A stretch of 41,549 bases of DNA, from contig MU006011.1 in the NCBI GenBank assembly GCA_010093745.1, positions 62,001 to 103,549 of the forward strand, given 5' to 3'. Source of the DNA: Piedraia hortae CBS 480.64 (Eukaryota). The translations under genes were made by a program, and so were the position numbers. Shown piece by piece: positions 35,993-41,549 of the stretch. Below the pieces are notes generated by a model. It ran no database searches. It saw only the letters and a list, made by a program, of their open reading frames with translations, and was not told where the DNA came from. The stretch's first letter is position 1; each line of letters starts with the position of its first letter.

Positions 35993-37210
35993 CTACTCCG
36001 CCGGCATATTCCTATCCACCTGGTTGTCCCTCTCCACTTTCAATTTCCAAGCTTTCAACAACTGGTACGCCAATGTCGGAATTTCATGAATAACGTTCTC
36101 CACACATTCCTTATCCAACATGCCCTCTCTGTTCATCATGGTGTCCACTACAATAGTCCTCAAGTCCATTTCCAGGTCCGGTGTTGTCGTGTACATAGTC
36201 TTCAGGACAAGGCCAAAAGAGTGATGGTTCCAATTGTTCAGGATTGCACTCTTAAACTTCGCGATGGGCGCTTGCTTAAGTGAGGGGACCATGTATTTCA
36301 CGGCTGCGGCAAATACTTTTGCGTGCATGAGCATGTTGTTGGCATGAAGTCTCGTTGCTATCAGTGTACGATGCCACTGCGCGACACCTCTTACACCAGC
36401 AGCTGCACCCTAGGTTTTGTCCTCACAGAGGTTTCCCTCAGGGTCATGTCGCATGCGACATGGTGAATGCGCCCTGCTACTGTTATGAGGTGAGTCATGG
36501 AGTAAGACTGCATGCTGACAGTCTTACTGCATGTATGACCACTTGCTTATGGTCATACAATTGATGACTCTTCATACGAGGCTACACACGGGCCTTCCAG
36601 CCCAGAATATATTCTCTGATGTTCCCTCGAAGATATACTTGTATTCACTCATAAAACACATCTCTACTTTCCATCCATCGTTCTCACTCATACATACTAT
36701 CTGTCTTCGTCACATGTTATTATCTGACTGTTGCGTCGGAAACCCAGAAGGGCTACCTTCGAGGTTGTCATCGCAGCCATAGCACTTGCTGTGATAACGA
36801 CAGTACGTCGGCTCAAGCTGCTGGAATGATGACGAGGTCTTCGTGTGGTGGCCTACTCTGGCATAACCGCACTTTTTGCCCTTGGATTTGGTAGCCCGCG
36901 AAGACGGAAAAGGTGCGGGGGAAATGTACGCGGCAGTATAATCGAGGTGGTAGAAAAAATCGATCATGTGTTTGATTGCGGCCGGATCATCGTTTTGAAT
37001 GTCATTACCTTCATCGCCGTCAGACTGCGCCTTGAGGTTGATGATGTTAGTTTTGCCTTCCTTAAAGTTTGTAAGGGTCTTGAAATAGTCCGACTGTGCG
37101 CCTAAAATGGCTTTATGCTCGTAAAAGTTATACGACCCGCAGTTGATTGTGAGGTCAGCCAAATCACGCGTCTTGTAGAGCTCAACGAGGCCCGCTTTGA
37201 GTTCTTCCAT
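35993..37210 (-). pseudogene. BTB/POZ-domain gene interrupted by a solo LTR
   Basis: LADLTINCGSYNFYEHKAILGAQSDYFK, DDPAAIKHMIDFFYHLDY; after insertion LMHAKVFAAAVKYMVPSLK..YTTTPDLEMDLR; removing the insert plus one TSD restores the frame (278 aa). Confidence 0.88.
36337..36712. mobile_element. Solo LTR (type B, 376 bp) with 5-bp TSD
   Basis: TG..CA termini; CATGT at 36332-36336 and 36713-36717. Confidence 0.88.
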
Positions 37211-37271
37211 TGGGTGTTTCCCTGCAGTTCGATTGCCTGTGCCAAACGTGATGTCTCCGCAAAAAGATGGA

Positions 37272-37732
37272 TGTACGTGTGTGTGTTTACGTGTGGATAG
37301 CTCACGCTACGAAAATGACACACGGACTCACCATGGGCCGGATCGTGTTTACCAAGACAGCGCGCTACTGTGACCTCGTTACAGAGGGAAACCCTTCTGA
37401 GTTCGTAGTGACACTCGCAGTAAAGAGCGTTGGGAGCCAGCCAATATTTTCGACGACGCCCAAAATCCAGCAAACCTGTTTATGGGGAAACTTGAATCCT
37501 GTTTCTGTGCGACGCATGCATGACGCCATTCATCAACAAACATTCCGTGATGTGAAACGCCCTGCGAGGACTCGGGCACCCTATCTAGACCAGGCGCTTA
37601 TCGTCTCGCGGAAACTTATCGCAGTAGAACCACGCACTTCAATCGTTGACTCAAAAATAGCTCAAACGCACCTTGCGTACACGAAAGCTACATCAAGGAT
37701 TACTCTCTTGAGCTGAGCCTGCGAGACGTACC
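37272..37732. mobile_element. Possible old solo LTR
   Basis: Imperfect inverted termini TGTACGT/ACGTAC, internal hairpin ~37364-37410, TE-rich context; no TSD seen. Confidence 0.25.
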
Positions 37733-37757
37733 ACCTGTCGGCATGAAGCCTCGTTGT

Positions 37758-40700
37758 TGTGAGAACGTGAGCAAATATGGTTCAATCCCTCTATGAGTAT
37801 ATCCCTCCCTCCTTCCGATAGCAATGGACGAGAGGACTGCACAGACCCTATGTAAACAAAGAACAACGCATGAAGAAAAGAACAAAAGAGTCAGTACTGC
37901 CTGAGTGTGTGCTGCCGAGTGAGGCCACTAGGCTCGAGCCGTGGACGGACCGGGCTCTTCCGCATGACGTAGGCCCTGCGTTCTGACATTTATCCCCCCC
38001 CCTTCCAAAGTGAGCTTCGCGAGCTCCGGTACGACCTGTAGTCGGCATGTAAGATTGTCCTGTGGCGGCAAGATATGCTGCACTGGCAGTATCGGCTCCT
38101 TGGATCTCCGTGCGGTCGTACCACGTTGGTACATGTTGGTTCTTCCAGCACACAATATCTTCAAGGCGTTGTCGACGATAGCGGGAGTCCAAATCCTCGT
38201 CGACTTCTGTTGGGCCAGGAGGCTCAGCGATGGCCGGCTCCCTGCGCGAATCTTGGCTGGGGAATACGATCGCTGCTGGGCTGAGCAGAGAGACGTGGAA
38301 ATTATTGTCCATGCGGGCATCCTTGGGGAGACTGAGCTGAGCCACCAGAGGATTTTTTATATTTGTGATTTGGTAGTGGCCTGCTCTTATATGGTCGAGG
38401 TTAGGTGAGAACCGGGCGCTTGGGAGATGCTTGGTGACAAGATATACCGTATCACCAACCCTGCATCTCAGGGCCGGGGGTCTTTTCATGTTTGTGTATG
38501 TCGCTTGGAAATCCTGCGCACGAGCAATGGATTCATCGCAATAGCGGTGAATAGACTCCATGTGAGCTGCAAATGATGAGAGGGCGGCTTCTGTTAAGTC
38601 GAGGTCGGAGCGTTCGGGAGATTACATTGTCCTTGAATGATGTTCGAAGGAGGCAAAAAATGGTGTCACACCAGTAGATGCTTTGTCATGATCGTTCATG
38701 CAAAACTCGGCGTGCGTTAAAAGGGCTGTCCAGTCGTGCTGTCCGTAGCTTATGAAATGTCCTAGATTGACTTCCAGCGTCTTATTCATCCTCTCGGTCT
38801 GGCCGTCGGTCTCGGAGTGGTCTACCGTGGACAATTTGAGGTCAATCTTCAACTTCCTGCAAATGCGTTTCCACGTGTCCGAGATGAATGACCTATCTTG
38901 ATCGGACACCAGAGAGTCTGGCAGACCGGAGAAATGATACACATTGTCCATGAATGCTCGTGCTGTTTCGGCAGGGGTGGTTCCCTCCATCGCTATAACC
39001 CAAACTATCTTGGTTAGCCGGCCAACGAGGTGGAGGATATACTGATAAACTTTGCCCTGCCAGGTTGATGCGGATGATTGCCCCACAAAATCCATTCTCA
39101 GATGACGAAAAGCTTCTTGTGGTCATAGAAGGGGCTGTAGGATACCATGTGGGTGGTGGGTGTTGGGGTTATTTCTTTGGCAGCTCTCGCAACCTTTTGC
39201 AAACTTTCCAGCATCCTTATGATGGTTCGGCCACCAGTACGTGTGTGAGACTAGAGCCTAGAGGGCAGCGGGGCCACGATGACCATACATCTGGTTCTCA
39301 TGTAAGTGCCGTAGTGTTTTTTCTTGGAGACAAGCCACCTTGGCCGGGTCCATCCGGATGTCGTTCTTAGACGCTATCAGATCCAGGTACTTCACTTCTG
39401 TTGTCTCAAATTCACATCCAGAGATATCAACTTGGAGTCCTGCATTTCTGAGACGTTGCAGTACTTCCCTGACGTGGTCCCTGTGGTCTTCTAGGTTATC
39501 GCTGTATATTAGTGCATACCAAGTCAGCGATACTTCCTACACTACCAGCTGCACCCTAGGTTTTTCCCTAACAGAGGTTTCCCTCAGGGTCATATCATAT
39601 GTGACATGGCGAATGCGCCCTGCTAGTGTACAAAGTGACGTCACCGGCCCACCGGTACAAAGTTTTTATTCTGAACGTCCCCTCATAGAGATATATAGTC
39701 ATTCAGACTGTCATATCGACACTGGTTTTGACTCCTATCCATTTGCATCTGTCCTGTCCCTGTTGTCGATTTCCGTCTATCGCTACGTCCTCCTAGTTCG
39801 GCCGCTGCGCACTCCCATCAACGAGAGTCCTATCGCTACATAGTCAGTGTAGCGCGTGGTTGATGTATGGCTGGAAGCTTGAGGGACCGTTACAGAGCCC
39901 GAAGGGCATCACTAGAGGTTGAAAGAGTTCATGCCGACAAACAAACGCAGCTTTGTATTCGTCCCCCTCCTTGATTCGAAGCTTATTGAAAGCTGTGATC
40001 ACATCGAGCTTGGAGAAGTACTTCACTGAGGGAGGTTACTGCAAAGTCTGGGTCACCAGAGGGATAGAGTATCTATTCTTGGTGGTCATAGCATTTAATC
40101 CTTGGTGATAAATGCAGAAGCACAAATCTCCGTTCGACTTCTTGAGGAAGAGGATGAGAGCAGCGGCTGGTGAGCGCGACACTCGGATAAAGCCTTTTTC
40201 CAATTGCCGATCCAGATACTCCCACAGCGTCTGAAGCTCATAGGGGTTCATTGGGTATGGGCCAGAGCTTGGGAGCGGCTTATCAGGTAGTGTATCGATT
40301 GCGTGGTCCCAAGGTCGGTGTGGCGGGAGTTTGTCAGCGGCTTTGCGATCAAATACATCCAAGAAGTCGTGATGTTCCTTTGGAAAGAAATCTTTCGAGT
40401 CTGCGTTCTTGTCGATCGCTCTTAAGGAGATCACAGGCAGGGGTCCAGGTCGCTCAAAGCTGCATCGATGTCACGAAGGCTTTGGGCGAAGTCGTGTCTA
40501 CAAATTCTGCATAATACTCATCAAATTCGTGGTTAGCTTGGTACAGTTGCCGGCTGGCACGTTCTGCCGTTCCCATTCGGTCGGAGTTCCCGAAATTCTT
40601 TTTCAGCCAATTATAAAAATCATTGAGAGTTGCAAACGTGGGCTTTTCCTTCTTTTCGTTCCAGTATACCCGCATTTGGGCCTGTACTTTGTCACGCAGC

Positions 40701-41110
40701 AGGTCATAAGTGTAGGCAATTCGAGAATCGTCGTCAGGCAACCAGTCTGCGTTAGCGCGGAGCTTCAATTGCAGGGAGAAGAGCCATTCGTCGAACTTCT
40801 TACGATCACAAGTGAACGTGTCAGGGTCAGCATGGTTTTTCGAGATAGGCGCAGTTCCACAGGATGCTGCAGGCCGAGGAGCTGGAGGGTCAGTGTTGCT
40901 GGCGCCAGAAACTTCAGCGACCCTTTATGGATTGTGTGACCCAACACAATGCAGAATCTCGGGACGGCAAAGTAGATATCTTTCCGATCACAGATAATCC
41001 GGTAGTAACGTGGGCTGGCCACCGGTAGTCATGCCAGTGGCCTCAAGGGCAATCGCGGGAGCGGTAGGAACTGTAGCGGCCGGTGTATTCGGAGGCGTAG
41101 GTAGAGCGTT
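37758..41110 (-). mobile_element. Decayed Ty3/Gypsy chromovirus (gag, RT, integrase, chromodomain, PPT, 3' LTR)
   Basis: gag 40454-40768; RT DKLPPHRPWDHAI..KGFIRVSRSP..FSKLDVITAFNKLRI..MPFGLCNGPSSFQ; integrase YWWP..CESCQR, MDFV, VSDQD, TDGQTERMN; chromodomain EVDEDLDSR..IVCWK..PTW; PPT GGAAGGGGGGGGATAAA ~37989-38006; 3' LTR 37758-37988 with termini TGTGAGAACG/CGTTCTGACA. Confidence 0.93.
39521..39840. mobile_element. Solo LTR (type B, left end eroded) nested in the RT
   Basis: 39546-39626 matches 36401-36479 and 1-60; ends TCGCTACA; RT reading resumes on both sides. Confidence 0.8.
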
Positions 41111-41121
41111 GGCGACCTCCG

Positions 41122-41307
41122 AAGGATGTGGCACCCACCATGACCAGAACTCTAGATAGAAGTCGAAAATTCTCAGGGTTTTTACCTCTATAGAGGAAGT
41201 GTTCCCCGGGGCGGGTCATTGTATCGTTCATGCTTAAGGGTATGGTTCGCTGACGTTGTCCTGGCGAATGCGGTTAGACTGAGGTAGTGTGGGGAAGGTT
41301 TAGAACC
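41122..41307. mobile_element. LTR fragment (type A), cut by copia insertion
   Basis: High identity to the 2218-2336 (reverse) and 33484-33637 copies. Confidence 0.8.
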
Positions 41308-41549
41308 TGTTGTGAATATGCGGTATATTACGCGCATTATTAGTAACCGTCGCTCGGCTCTCGACTTCACGCGTCAACTAGTTTTCCGTAGAGATTTGTA
41401 TGCAGGTACACATCTGCTCACAATTATAATAGGTTATGAGCCCGGGCTCTACCGCTAACAAGCGCTATTCAAATTGAGTCTCGAAGCGAAAGCGGAGCTT
41501 CCAGAGACCATGAGCTACGAAAGAAAAAGAGCTGTCATTCTCAAGGCTG
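41308..41549 (+). mobile_element. 5' end of Ty1/copia element: 124-bp LTR, PBS, start of gag
   Basis: TGTTGTG at 41308, end TATAATA at 41431, then GGTTATGAGCCC (copia/Ty5-type half-tRNA-iMet PBS) 41432-41443; ATG at 41510. Confidence 0.75.

Noticed and set aside
36398..36576. Hammerhead or HDV-like ribozyme in the LTR modules
   Set aside because: TTGATGA at ~36561 has no matching GAAA, and the stem-GCGAA-stem lacks the HDV P3/L3 pseudoknot; not called as a known ribozyme

Overview
Genomic DNA of a filamentous ascomycete (inferred from the gene set and GT..CTRAY..YAG introns only 41-56 nt long). Intact housekeeping genes: an AMP-binding acyl-CoA ligase, kynureninase, Mbp1-like APSES/ankyrin factor, complex I B18 subunit, Hel2-like RING ligase, Dal5/Tna1-family MFS transporter, NAT9-like GNAT, Rpt4 and enolase. 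These alternate with decayed DNA: a NACHT-WD40 (HET-E-like NLR) pseudogene, a BTB gene split by a solo LTR, three Ty3/Gypsy remnants (one a chromovirus), the start of a Ty1/copia element and many nested or solo LTRs. The most striking signal is in the LTRs. Seven copies from at least three otherwise dissimilar LTR types keep a hairpin with a U-rich internal loop that resembles a poly(A)-clamping ENE triple-helix element, usually followed by a second hairpin and a conserved GYGAATGCG motif. A probable GPI-anchored cell-wall gene has a single in-frame TGA where a CxxC cysteine is expected. All calls are by eye; no searches or folding programs were run.
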